DNA of 64,000 nucleotides, taken from the IMG/VR virus record IMGVR_UViG_2609459822_000013, positions 1 through 64,000 of that record. The stretch is one strand, 5' to 3'. The position numbers were made by a program, and so were the translations under genes. Below the pieces are notes generated by a model that was not told where the DNA came from, did not search any database, and saw nothing but the letters and a program-made list of their open reading frames with translations. The stretch is from a virus (taxonomy: Duplodnaviria; Heunggongvirae; Uroviricota; Caudoviricetes). Below, in pieces: positions 35,709 through 44,520 of this stretch. Each line of letters starts with the position of its first letter. Position 1 is the stretch's first letter.

Positions 35709-36185
35709 ATGTCTCAGACTTGCGAAAAAGGCACGTTTACAGGCCGTGACGTTGCTGTATTCTTCGCTATCGCTTGTCCAAATGCGAAGCCGGAAACTGG
35801 AGCGTACAAAGCGTTAGGCATGATGCGTGGTAAAACACTTTCCGTTGAATGGGAAACCGCTGACGCCACCGCCGATAAATCAGCCGATTACACGAAAGAA
35901 TCAATGGTTACTTACAAATCCGTTTCTTTCTCCGGCGACGGTGTGTCCCGCACTGAAGAAATCCATAATCAGAAAGCGCTGAAACGCCACGTAATTACGC
36001 CAGGTGAAACCACCGGATCACAACCTTATGTATGGCTGAAGATCGTTTCTCCTGTAGACGTAACTGAAGGCCCATTCCTTTGCACTTCCTTTAAAGAAGA
36101 AGATCCGCATGATGATGTTTCCACCTGGTCTATTGAGTGCGAAAGCGCTGGCAAGGTAACGGTAGGCGACGTTCCGCCAGCATAA
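35709..36185 (+). CDS. major tail (tube) protein
   Basis: 158 aa; position before tail assembly chaperone and tape measure. Confidence 0.5.
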   Translation: MSQTCEKGTFTGRDVAVFFAIACPNAKPETGAYKALGMMRGKTLSVEWETADATADKSADYTKESMVTYKSVSFSGDGVSRTEEIHNQKALKRHVITPGETTGSQPYVWLKIVSPVDVTEGPFLCTSFKEEDPHDDVSTWSIECESAGKVTVGDVPPA

Positions 36186-36202
36186 CAGCCAATATTAACA
36201 AT

Positions 36203-36228
36203 CGGGGCCATTTGGCCCCTTTTCTTTT
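36203..36228 (+). terminator. hairpin + T-run after major tail gene
   Basis: GGGGCCATTTGGCCCC followed by TTTTCTTTT. Confidence 0.45.
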
Positions 36229-36240
36229 AAGGTGAATACT

Positions 36241-36918
36241 ATGATCCATGTTCGTACAGGGCAATTTGCGGCTGTGGTGAACGGTAAGCGCTATGAGTTT
36301 AATCCTTGCTTTGCTGCGATGGCTAAAATCGGCAACGATAGTGAGCTTGTCGAATATTTCGCACTTATCCACGGCAGCAAATACCCTTCACGATTACCTA
36401 CAGATCCAGACCTCCGCAATCGCATTATGGCACGGTGTTATGGTGAGATAGTGCAAACGTCAATGCGCATCCTGAAATGTTGCTCAGACGACGAAACAGG
36501 CCAGTTATTGGGCAAATGTAGGTTTACTCCTTCTGGTAAATTGAGACTAAAACCCGGACTGATGCCTACAAGTGATGTTATCACGCTGGCGCAACATTGC
36601 ATGTACCACGGTTTAATTGGTGACGGGCCAGAAGAAGACGCCGGAGAGATCCGGGAAGGGGAATATAAGCCGACTTTTAACGTGCTGGAATTCGTTTATT
36701 CTGCCGTAGCTCACCTGGGATTATCTGAATCAGAAGCGTGGAATATGACAATGACCGGATATAGGGCCGCTGTACGCGCTAAAACGCCGCCAGAAGCAAG
36801 AAACAAACAAAAACGCCCAAATGTATTGCTGGATAAAAAGGCTTATGACGATGGAATGAATGGTGCTATGGAGATACTAAAAAGAATGAAAAATCGCGAG
36901 CAAGAAAAAGCCCGGTAG
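36241..36918 (+). CDS. tail assembly chaperone-like protein
   Basis: 226 aa upstream of tape measure region. Confidence 0.45.
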   Translation: MIHVRTGQFAAVVNGKRYEFNPCFAAMAKIGNDSELVEYFALIHGSKYPSRLPTDPDLRNRIMARCYGEIVQTSMRILKCCSDDETGQLLGKCRFTPSGKLRLKPGLMPTSDVITLAQHCMYHGLIGDGPEEDAGEIREGEYKPTFNVLEFVYSAVAHLGLSESEAWNMTMTGYRAAVRAKTPPEARNKQKRPNVLLDKKAYDDGMNGAMEILKRMKNREQEKAR

Positions 36919-36932
36919 ATCCGGGCGTTTTT
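36910..36932. terminator. bidirectional terminator
   Basis: GCCCGG-TAGAT-CCGGGC flanked by A-run and T-run. Confidence 0.55.
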
Positions 36933-36943
36933 GTTAAGTTCGC

Positions 36944-37264
36944 TTATGCTATTTTTTCGTAAAGCACATTCATCTGGGTGCGAATCACTGTTAATATATT
37001 GATTGCTGCGTTCTTATTAATGCGTTTATTCGCTACTATTTTTGTTTTCCCATCAATAACAACCAGATCTGCGTGCAATACATGGTTGAAGTTGACAATG
37101 TAATAATACTGTTTATCGCCAACATGTTGAACATATGCACCATTTAGATTTCCTTTATACCCACAATCACGCTCTGCGACACCGAAGTCAAATTCGCGGT
37201 TCATCTTGCGATTATATGCTACTTGTTTATGTTCCCATTTTCTCATCCATTCATCGCGTTTCAT
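36944..37264 (-). CDS. moron: hypothetical protein (106 aa)
   Basis: reverse-strand ORF inside tail module. Confidence 0.5.
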   Translation of the reverse strand: MKRDEWMRKWEHKQVAYNRKMNREFDFGVAERDCGYKGNLNGAYVQHVGDKQYYYIVNFNHVLHADLVVIDGKTKIVANKRINKNAAINILTVIRTQMNVLYEKIA

Positions 37265-37273
37265 GTTTCACCC

Positions 37274-37933
37274 TTAATTCCAGTTGCAAGCGTTTTTCAC
37301 TTTGTCGATGTGGTTATAAAGACCATCAATGTTAAACACTGCTTTCTCAATGTCGCCAGCTTCCGGCACTGCTTCAATGATAAATTGTTTTTCGTTAACC
37401 AGTTTTTTAATCATTGGGATGGCTTTTTTGCCGTTCCATAATCCAAGAGCTTTATAGTTAGTTGACCGACTCCATTCAGTAGCTACAGCTTTGTGATCGC
37501 CGATCCGGTAGTTAATATAAGTAGTGTCCCCAGCGTCAGTTACATGGTTTGACCATGCTACGAACATTTTTGTTTTATTACCCTGGCAAGCTATTGTTAA
37601 TACAGGTTTGTTTTCATCCCGTGCTTTCAGTGTAGGGAAAGCATCAAGACTTCCGCTGAAATGTTCTGCTTTCACGAAAAGGAACACGTTTTTTGTGTCC
37701 TGCATATCATCTTTTCTTTCGACCACAAGCCACTGTTTACCAGCTTTTTCTTTTGCTAACTGTGCCTCATATGCGGCTTGTTTTGCTTGTTGTTCTGCAA
37801 GCCATTTAGCATTTTTCTCTGCTAATGCTTGTTGCTCTTGATTGGTCACTATAGGCGCTTTTTCATTATCCTCATTGCAACCAACCAGACCCAATACCGC
37901 CGCAATCATTGCCACTTTTGCTAACCGTTTCAT
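37274..37933 (-). CDS. moron: lipoprotein (219 aa)
   Basis: signal peptide with lipobox LVGC; reverse strand within tail module. Confidence 0.6.
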   Translation of the reverse strand: MKRLAKVAMIAAVLGLVGCNEDNEKAPIVTNQEQQALAEKNAKWLAEQQAKQAAYEAQLAKEKAGKQWLVVERKDDMQDTKNVFLFVKAEHFSGSLDAFPTLKARDENKPVLTIACQGNKTKMFVAWSNHVTDAGDTTYINYRIGDHKAVATEWSRSTNYKALGLWNGKKAIPMIKKLVNEKQFIIEAVPEAGDIEKAVFNIDGLYNHIDKVKNACNWN

Positions 37934-37980
37934 AACCCACCACGCTAACTTGATTTACTGACCATTCCCTTTAGCTTCCT

Positions 37981-37994
37981 TATACAAAATGGAG
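37981..37994 (+). repeat. dispersed motif copy TATACAAAATGGAG
   Basis: inverted-repeat partner at 38009-38020. Confidence 0.55.
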
Positions 37995-38008
37995 TCGTTG
38001 AAGTAAAG

Positions 38009-38020
38009 CCATTTTGTATA
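38009..38020 (-). repeat. dispersed motif copy (reverse) TTATACAAAATGG
   Basis: forms palindrome TATACAAAATGG-N14-CCATTTTGTATA. Confidence 0.55.
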
Positions 38021-38060
38021 AAATAGATACACAGATCACATTTTTGCATGAGGTTAAATC

Positions 38061-40397
38061 ATGGATACCAGTGTAGGTACAATTTATTACGAAGTTGATG
38101 CGAAAACTAGTCAACTTCTCGTTGCACAACGACAGGCAGACCAGGCCTTTGGGCGTATAGAGCGCGGCGCAAAACAGGCTGACCGCCAGGTAAACACCCT
38201 GAAAACATCCATCAAGGCACTGACCAGGGTTATCCATTTGCTAATTGCTGCGGAGGCCGTGCGTCAATTCATGGATATGGCGGAGCAAGCAAAAATGCTT
38301 CGCGTAAAAATCAAAATGCTTACGGGCGATGCGGAGTCCGCCGGACGGGTTTTTGATGGCCTAAAAGCAATATCAAAAGAAACAGGCCAAAGCATGAAGG
38401 ATACCGGGGATCTGTGGCAAGGCTTAGCTATCTCACTGAAGAACACGTCCGCCACTGAAGGGCAATTGCTTAACCTGGTAGGTACGATTCAGAAAATGGG
38501 GGCGTTGGGCGGCGCGTCAGCTGAGCAGATGTCAAACTCAATGCGTCAATTCCGTCAGTCTATCGACGGTGGCGTGTTGCGTGCTGAAGAATTCAACAGC
38601 CTGTTAGAAAACACCCCGACCATCGTACAGACAATGGCACGCCAGATGGGGTTATCAATGGGCCAATTCCGCGCCGAAATGCTGGACGGTAAGATCACGG
38701 CAGAAAGGATGGTTAACGCAATCCAGGCGGCTACGCAGGAAACAAACGAGAAGTTTGCGCAGTTGCCGCGCACATCCGGCATGGCCCTGAATGAGCTTAA
38801 AGTCGAGGTTATGGGACTTGTTGAGCAATTGGATGATCTTTTCGGTGTATCCGATACGGTTGTTGCTGGTATCGATCTTGTAACGAAAGGTGTTAAGGCT
38901 TTAGGTGAAGGCGCTGATTTCGCTAAAACCTGCTTTAACACCCTGAAGACGGCTGGTGGCGAATTCATCGACATGTTTGAAGATGTCAGAATCAAGGCTG
39001 GCGAGGTAGCCGAGAAGATCATCGCAATGGTGACGCCAATCAAGGCACTAATGGATGCCTACAAATGGATGAAGGAGGTCGTAGGAGAGCAAACCGACGA
39101 ATATAACAGCAACTACGAGAAGAAATACGGTAAGACCGTTGGCAAGGTCATGCAACTACAGGATGATCTGACCGCAGCAATCCAGGCTACAGAAGAAGCA
39201 AGGAAAAATGAACAGAATGCCGCCAATGACGGAGCGATTACCGGATTCGAAAAGCCAGTAGACAAACCGAAAAAACAGAAAAAAGAGAAGAAATCTGAAG
39301 CTGATCGTCTTGGCGATAAAGGTATAAGCGTTTCTGACCAGTACAACAAAGACGCCGCCGCTATGCGCAAAGCGTTAGAGAGCGGCAAGGCCATTGATGC
39401 TGCATTCGCCCAGGGTAAAATCACTCTCCTTGAGTACCGCGCCGCGCAAAAAGGGATAGGTAAGGAACTAAAGGAAGAATTAGCACAAATTCCGGTAGAG
39501 GAATTGCGCGACAAATGGGAGCAAATAGTAAGCCCGATGGATCAGCTAAAGGGCGAAGTAGACCCTATTCAGCAGGTTCAAAATGAATGGGCCGTCCGTA
39601 AGCAAATGCTTATCGACCTGGGCGTGACGGAAGCGCAACAGAAACAGGAACTGTTAGCCTATGAGCAACAGATCCGCGATCTGAAGTGGGAGCAATGGCA
39701 GGCGCAAAGCGACACAAACAGCCTTATCGGTGATTGCGTTAATGGCCTTAAAGGTGGTATGAGCAATGCACTTGTTGGCCTGTTAAATGGTACTCAATCA
39801 TTGAGTGATGTTTTTGCTAACTTAGGCAGCAATATCCTCGGGAATATCGGTAACAGGCTTTCAGACATAGCTGCAAACTGGATAGCAGATCAGATCATGA
39901 TGGAAACGCAAAGCAAAGCGACTCAGGCAAGTACCACGGCGGGCGCGGTAGCGGCGCAAGGCCAGATTGCTGCGGCGGCGGCCCCGGCGGCGGCGGCAAC
40001 AGCGGCGTCAACTGGCGGCGCATGGGCGGCGGCTGGTTCTGCGGCACTCACTGCGATCATGTCGCTGGCTACGTCAATTTTTGGCGGCGGTCGCTTTAAT
40101 GGTGGTAGCGTCATTGGTGGCAATATGTACCGTGTAGGGGAACACAACAGGCCGGAGCTATTCCAGACATCTAACGGAAATCAATATATGATCCCTGGCG
40201 AGAATGGCAGGGTTATTCCTGGTCGTGACATTGGCGGTGGCATTAGTATGCCTGTCAATATCAACATTCAGACCACAAACGGATTTAGCGACGAGGACAG
40301 CCGCAGACTTGAGCAGACAATGGAACGTGTAGCAATGAAAATGATAACAAGGGAATCACAACGACCAGGCGGAATATTGCAACCTCGCCGCAAATAA
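38061..40397 (+). CDS. tail tape measure protein
   Basis: 778 aa, coiled-coil rich, Ala/Gly-rich segment, position before M-L-K-I-J. Confidence 0.8.
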   Translation: MDTSVGTIYYEVDAKTSQLLVAQRQADQAFGRIERGAKQADRQVNTLKTSIKALTRVIHLLIAAEAVRQFMDMAEQAKMLRVKIKMLTGDAESAGRVFDGLKAISKETGQSMKDTGDLWQGLAISLKNTSATEGQLLNLVGTIQKMGALGGASAEQMSNSMRQFRQSIDGGVLRAEEFNSLLENTPTIVQTMARQMGLSMGQFRAEMLDGKITAERMVNAIQAATQETNEKFAQLPRTSGMALNELKVEVMGLVEQLDDLFGVSDTVVAGIDLVTKGVKALGEGADFAKTCFNTLKTAGGEFIDMFEDVRIKAGEVAEKIIAMVTPIKALMDAYKWMKEVVGEQTDEYNSNYEKKYGKTVGKVMQLQDDLTAAIQATEEARKNEQNAANDGAITGFEKPVDKPKKQKKEKKSEADRLGDKGISVSDQYNKDAAAMRKALESGKAIDAAFAQGKITLLEYRAAQKGIGKELKEELAQIPVEELRDKWEQIVSPMDQLKGEVDPIQQVQNEWAVRKQMLIDLGVTEAQQKQELLAYEQQIRDLKWEQWQAQSDTNSLIGDCVNGLKGGMSNALVGLLNGTQSLSDVFANLGSNILGNIGNRLSDIAANWIADQIMMETQSKATQASTTAGAVAAQGQIAAAAAPAAAATAASTGGAWAAAGSAALTAIMSLATSIFGGGRFNGGSVIGGNMYRVGEHNRPELFQTSNGNQYMIPGENGRVIPGRDIGGGISMPVNINIQTTNGFSDEDSRRLEQTMERVAMKMITRESQRPGGILQPRRK

Positions 40398-40403
40398 ACA
40401 AAA

Positions 40404-40422
40404 CCCCGGCACAATGCCGGGG
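40404..40422. terminator. bidirectional terminator hairpin
   Basis: CCCCGGCACAATGCCGGGG with A-run upstream. Confidence 0.5.
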
Positions 40423-40436
40423 CTATCTTTATTCAA

Positions 40437-40608
40437 TTTCATCATTTTTAAATTCGCCGTTTGCATAAAGCTGTAATGCGCTTATCAGTTCGTCAGCTTG
40501 CTTTTTGTCTATTACAATCATCTCGCAGTCGCTAACGTTCCATAATCTTCCATCATCTTCAACACTAAGATCAATCCTTCTGCATTCTTCAGTCTCATGA
40601 ATAATCAT
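40437..40608 (-). CDS. moron: small acidic protein (57 aa)
   Basis: below ORF-track cutoff; MIIHETEECRRIDLSVEDDGRLWNV... Confidence 0.35.
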
Positions 40609-40936
40609 TATAAACCTTCATTATGTTATTAATTTTAGTGAATAAATTTACTCAAATCTTGTATACCCTCTTTCAATTTTCCCTCCGTGTACACTTCTGG
40701 CAAATACCGCGTCAGTATACCTAAAAAATGGGCATGTATATGTATCACCTTTACTATCCATCCATTTTAGCACCCATGCCATACGTTTTACATTGCTTTT
40801 ATTTGCCGGGTTTTTCATTTTATTTTCCTCCGCAAATTACAATCTTTCGTTTCTTGCTATATAGCTGCGAGAAAACATTACCAACCAAATATTCCAGATC
40901 TCCCTCCAGGTGAATTTATCGTCCTCCATACCCACC

Positions 40937-41191
40937 TCACTTATGGCAACCGCGAACGCCAGACAATTCATTGAATTTATGGTGTTCAACAATCACCCAC
41001 TCCTTCAGATCCTGGCTATAGACTCGCCAGTCTAAATTGGCGCGGAAGGCGTAGCCGTAACCGTCTTTCAATTTTTTGGGTGACGCATTCTTGTTTAAAA
41101 ACGCGTTCAAAAGTTCCTTTGCTTTTTTGACTGCATGCCCCGGCGCGTTTTTCTGTGCTTTCAGATTTTTGTCAATCGCTACCAGTTTCAT
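40937..41191 (-). CDS. moron: RelE/ParE-superfamily-like toxin candidate
   Basis: 84 aa; pattern KKLK...FRANLDWRVYSQ...WVIVEHHK resembles RelE/ParE. Confidence 0.4.
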   Translation of the reverse strand: MKLVAIDKNLKAQKNAPGHAVKKAKELLNAFLNKNASPKKLKDGYGYAFRANLDWRVYSQDLKEWVIVEHHKFNELSGVRGCHK

Positions 41192-41208
41192 AACTCACCC
41201 CATCATCC

Positions 41209-41364
41209 TTAGTTAAGTGCCTTCAGGAAGAAGTCCCGGTATTCATCTTCTTTTGCATTCATCATGAATTGACCGTATTTGAATGCGTCGTCGAAACCCT
41301 TAACGATTGCTATTTCCACTTGTTCGAATGCGTTGTTTAGCATTACCACTACATAGCGTTTCAT
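41209..41364 (-). CDS. moron: small protein upstream of toxin-like gene (possible antitoxin)
   Basis: 51 aa from ATG with perfect AAGGAGG RBS; 17 bp upstream of the toxin-like gene. Confidence 0.35.
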   Translation of the reverse strand: MKRYVVVMLNNAFEQVEIAIVKGFDDAFKYGQFMMNAKEDEYRDFFLKALN

Positions 41365-41435
41365 TTTGGGCCTCCTTCGTTGGTACTGCTTTTCTTCTTG
41401 CTTTCTGTATACATCTTGTTGCGAACTATGTGAAG

Positions 41436-41448
41436 CCATTTTGTAAAC
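41436..41448 (-). repeat. dispersed motif copy (reverse) GTTTACAAAATGG
   Basis: 13-mer exact. Confidence 0.6.
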
Positions 41449-41531
41449 TAGCTATAATCATTGTACTGAAGATCTCATTTTCGCGTAGAAGCGCGTAAAG
41501 ATATATACAAAATGTAACTTATGGGGGTTTT

Positions 41532-41885
41532 ATGCCGGAAGCTTTCAGATGGACGCCGCAAAGAAGCTACAGCGTGACCAGGGAGCCAAACGTATCTGTC
41601 ATTAAACTTGGTGATGGGTATGAACAGCGCCAGGCGAAAGGGATCAACACATTGCTTGATAGCTACACCCTGGTTTTTAAAGGCAGTAGCGCAGGATGCG
41701 GTGATGGTGGGAACGTGGCGATCCAGGCAGAAGCATTCTTGAGGGCGCGCGGCGCTAGCGAGGCTTTTTACTGGTCGCCGTCTATGGATGGCGTGCAAAG
41801 GCTTTTTGTTTGCCGTAGCTGGAGTATGACAAAGGACGGGCCTGTATACACGCTAAACGCAACGTTTGAGCAAGTTATTAATTAG
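41532..41885 (+). CDS. minor tail protein M
   Basis: 117 aa; matches recalled lambda gpM motifs (FRW, GDGYxQR, ...FEQVIN C-terminus). Confidence 0.8.
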   Translation: MPEAFRWTPQRSYSVTREPNVSVIKLGDGYEQRQAKGINTLLDSYTLVFKGSSAGCGDGGNVAIQAEAFLRARGASEAFYWSPSMDGVQRLFVCRSWSMTKDGPVYTLNATFEQVIN

Positions 41886-41894
41886 GGAGGGGAT

Positions 41895-42077
41895 ATGCCT
41901 TATTTTTGTGTAGTGGAGCGCACTGGCGCTTTTACATTGTTCGCCGACTATGAAATTAATGATCTTACTGTCCGGGCTGATAACGGTGAGACGTGGTATC
42001 TTCATGATATGGGTGATGGATATATCGGCTGTACGACTTGGGATGGCAAAGAAGTAGCATTTCTATCCTACGATTAA
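41895..42077 (+). CDS. hypothetical protein
   Basis: 60 aa after M, followed by terminator. Confidence 0.4.
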   Translation: MPYFCVVERTGAFTLFADYEINDLTVRADNGETWYLHDMGDGYIGCTTWDGKEVAFLSYD

Positions 42078-42085
42078 AAAAAACA

Positions 42086-42101
42086 CCCCGCCACGGCGGG
42101 G
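42086..42101. terminator. bidirectional terminator hairpin
   Basis: CCCCGC-CACG-GCGGGG flanked by A8 run and T-rich run. Confidence 0.55.
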
Positions 42102-42178
42102 TTTATAGTGTCGATAGCAGAATGCATGACAATCCAATAATGATAATGATCATTTCCAGAACGTAATGTTCGCACATC

Positions 42179-42427
42179 TCATAACGCCCCCTTCAAATAT
42201 GTCAATCCCTTATCAGTGACGAATGAGTGATTAACCTGGTTTTCATCCGTCATGATGATAAATAACTTTTCCTGTAGGTATTTCGCTTTAGGGTACAGCG
42301 TTAAGCAGACCTGGTACAGTATCCCGCGCTCAATCAGCAAATCAATAAATTCGTGTTCATGATAACCGATGAGGCGGGCGGCCTGTTTCAACGTGTACAC
42401 ATAATCACCGTGATTGCGCCGCCCCAT
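42179..42427 (-). CDS. moron: HTH-like small protein (82 aa)
   Basis: YTLKQAARLIGYHEHEFIDLLIERGIL. Confidence 0.45.
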   Translation of the reverse strand: MGRRNHGDYVYTLKQAARLIGYHEHEFIDLLIERGILYQVCLTLYPKAKYLQEKLFIIMTDENQVNHSFVTDKGLTYLKGAL

Positions 42428-42436
42428 GTTGCCGCC

Positions 42437-42784
42437 TTATTTATCGAATGCTGAAAGGTTATCGATACAGAAATCTTTCGCAGCTTTTTCGTATTCGCGT
42501 TTTGCTTCTGGATCGTCAGCCGGGAAACCTTTTGCGTGTATTTCACCAGGGCAAGACTGATCCATAGAGTCTGCAAAATTAACATTGAAGTTAACATTAA
42601 TATCTTTCGGGTTCATATCTTCCACCTCATCAACTATCTGTACCGGATTAGCAGTATATTTCACTGGATGGCCTAAACTACATTCAAGAATCCTGCCTTC
42701 TTCCAGGGCTACTTCTTCGCTATCAAATAATCCGAAACACTCCTTGCTACCACTTAACCACACATCAAGACTGTATTTTTTCAT
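42437..42784 (-). CDS. moron: hypothetical protein (115 aa)
   Basis: GAGG RBS; middle gene of 3-gene reverse operon. Confidence 0.45.
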   Translation of the reverse strand: MKKYSLDVWLSGSKECFGLFDSEEVALEEGRILECSLGHPVKYTANPVQIVDEVEDMNPKDINVNFNVNFADSMDQSCPGEIHAKGFPADDPEAKREYEKAAKDFCIDNLSAFDK

Positions 42785-42953
42785 TTTTGTTAGCCTCATA
42801 TTTGACAGGTTCGATCTGGTATCCCAAAAGGCGGTCATCCTCAGCAAGTAAAAGCGCGTCAACCAATGCTTCCCCCTCGTCGTCATACAGGGCGATAACC
42901 TTTTCCCTACCGTCTGTCATGAATACCGTCAACTTCCATAGCTTTTCAGTCAT
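42765..42953 (-). CDS. moron: small acidic protein (62 aa)
   Basis: GGAGGTG RBS; first gene of operon. Confidence 0.4.
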   Translation of the reverse strand: MTEKLWKLTVFMTDGREKVIALYDDEGEALVDALLLAEDDRLLGYQIEPVKYEANKNEKIQS

Positions 42954-42967
42954 AACGCACCTCCGCG

Positions 42968-42980
42968 CCATTTTGTTAAC
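42968..42980 (-). repeat. dispersed motif copy (reverse) GTTAACAAAATGG
   Basis: core CAAAATGG. Confidence 0.5.
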
Positions 42981-43028
42981 TTCCCCTTCGTTTGAGTAAA
43001 ATATACATATTGTAAAACAACGATCAAT

Positions 43029-43039
43029 CCATTTTGGTA
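43029..43039 (-). repeat. dispersed motif copy TACCAAAATGG
   Basis: core palindromic CCAAAATGG. Confidence 0.45.
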
Positions 43040-43047
43040 TGATTTAG

Positions 43048-43063
43048 CGTGACGCAGATCACA
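43048..43063 (+). promoter_or_regulatory. CRP-like palindrome CGTGA-CGCAGA-TCACA
   Basis: 15/16 match to TGTGA-N6-TCACA; ~18/20 identical to the 16588 element including flanking AATG. Confidence 0.35.
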
Positions 43064-43081
43064 AAATGACAAGGTGAGAAA

Positions 43082-43786
43082 ATGCGCAATATTCCGAGAG
43101 AGATGATTATTGATTCCGTCGATGCCGGAGTTGGCGCGGTCATTGACTTATTTGAACTGGACCTTACTCCCCTGGGAGGCGAGGTTATCCGCTTCCATTC
43201 CGGCGCGAACGGCTATTACGGCCAGGTTATCTGGAAGGGAGTAGCTTACAACAGCTACCCGATCGAGGCGACGGGCTTCGAAATGAAAAATGAGGGTGTT
43301 TATTCACGGCCTCAAATGGTTGTAGCCAATATCGGCGGACTCATTACGGGGATGAACAACGATTTTAACGACCTTAGAGGAATGAAGGTTACGCGCCGCC
43401 AGGTGGAGGTGAAATATCTTGACGCCGTTAACTTCCCTAACGGTAATCCAGACGCAGATCCATCTATTGAGGCTGTATCTTTTTACGTCGTTGAAGCAAT
43501 GAGCGAAGAAACAGCGGATCAGGTGCAGTATGAACTGTCAACGCCAATTGATGCAGATAAAGCTGTCATCCCTGGGCGCACCATCCTTGCTGACGTTTGC
43601 CAGTGGCAATACAGAGGCGACGGGTGTATGTACGCTGGCGGACCAGTAGCAAACGATAAAGACGAGCCGACAAGCGATCCTAAAGCCGACAGATGTAGCC
43701 ACCGTCTGAGCGGTTGTCGTTTACGTTTCCCGCGTCCAAATCCGTTACCAATTTCCTGTTTCCCCGGTTCAAGTAAGGTGGGCTAA
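43082..43786 (+). CDS. minor tail protein L
   Basis: 234 aa; matches recalled lambda gpL motifs (RFLDAVNF.NGN..ADP, Cys-rich C-terminus). Confidence 0.8.
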   Translation: MRNIPREMIIDSVDAGVGAVIDLFELDLTPLGGEVIRFHSGANGYYGQVIWKGVAYNSYPIEATGFEMKNEGVYSRPQMVVANIGGLITGMNNDFNDLRGMKVTRRQVEVKYLDAVNFPNGNPDADPSIEAVSFYVVEAMSEETADQVQYELSTPIDADKAVIPGRTILADVCQWQYRGDGCMYAGGPVANDKDEPTSDPKADRCSHRLSGCRLRFPRPNPLPISCFPGSSKVG

Positions 43787-43788
43787 TT

Positions 43789-44520
43789 ATGGCACTTGAA
43801 GACAAAATGGTTCGCTACGCCGCAGCTCACCCGCGTGAGGAAGTTTGCGGCCTGGTGATAAATAACGAATATTTTTACCCGTGCGCTAACGTATCTGAAA
43901 CGCCATACAACAGCTTCAAAATTTCGCCGGACGATTACATCAAAGCTGACGAATTAGGCGTTATAACCGCCGTTTTTCACTCTCACGTTGATGATATTCC
44001 GGTATTGTCTGCGCTGGATCGACAACAACAGGTTATTTCCGGCCTCCCGTGGCTTTTATGCTCCGGTGGCAGGGTTAGAAAATTCCGCCCGGTAGCGCAC
44101 CTGTTAGGCCGAAAATTTGAGCACGGGAAAACAGACTGCTACGCGCTTTTCCGCGACGCATATCACCTTTGTGGCGTGGATCTACCGGACTTCGAGCGCC
44201 TTGATGGCTGGTGGCTTCGCGGTGAAAACCTGTATTTAAAAAACTTGCCGCGAAACGGGTTTTATCAGGTTGATGCGCAAAGCATCCAGCCAGGTGACGT
44301 AATAATCAGGCAGCCGTTCAAAGGCGCTGACCCATGCCACGCGATGATTTACCTGGGCGATAACACTGTTTTGCATCATGACAATGCCGGACTGTTAAGC
44401 CGCCGCGAGCAAATGCGGCCCGCTTATGTTCGACAAACGCATTCAATATGGAGATCTGATAAATGCTCAAATTTAGATTTACGGGCAATCTTCGAAGATA
44501 TTACAGCAAAGTGTGTTTAA
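43789..44520 (+). CDS. tail assembly protein K (MPN/JAB + NlpC/P60-like)
   Basis: 243 aa; position between L and I; HSHVDD motif. Confidence 0.7.
   Translation: MALEDKMVRYAAAHPREEVCGLVINNEYFYPCANVSETPYNSFKISPDDYIKADELGVITAVFHSHVDDIPVLSALDRQQQVISGLPWLLCSGGRVRKFRPVAHLLGRKFEHGKTDCYALFRDAYHLCGVDLPDFERLDGWWLRGENLYLKNLPRNGFYQVDAQSIQPGDVIIRQPFKGADPCHAMIYLGDNTVLHHDNAGLLSRREQMRPAYVRQTHSIWRSDKCSNLDLRAIFEDITAKCV

Noticed and set aside
38264-40147. Reverse-strand ORFs inside the tape measure gene, including the Ala-rich 39923-40147
   Set aside because: Antisense of an Ala/Gly-rich coding stretch; tape measure genes routinely yield long artefactual antisense ORFs.
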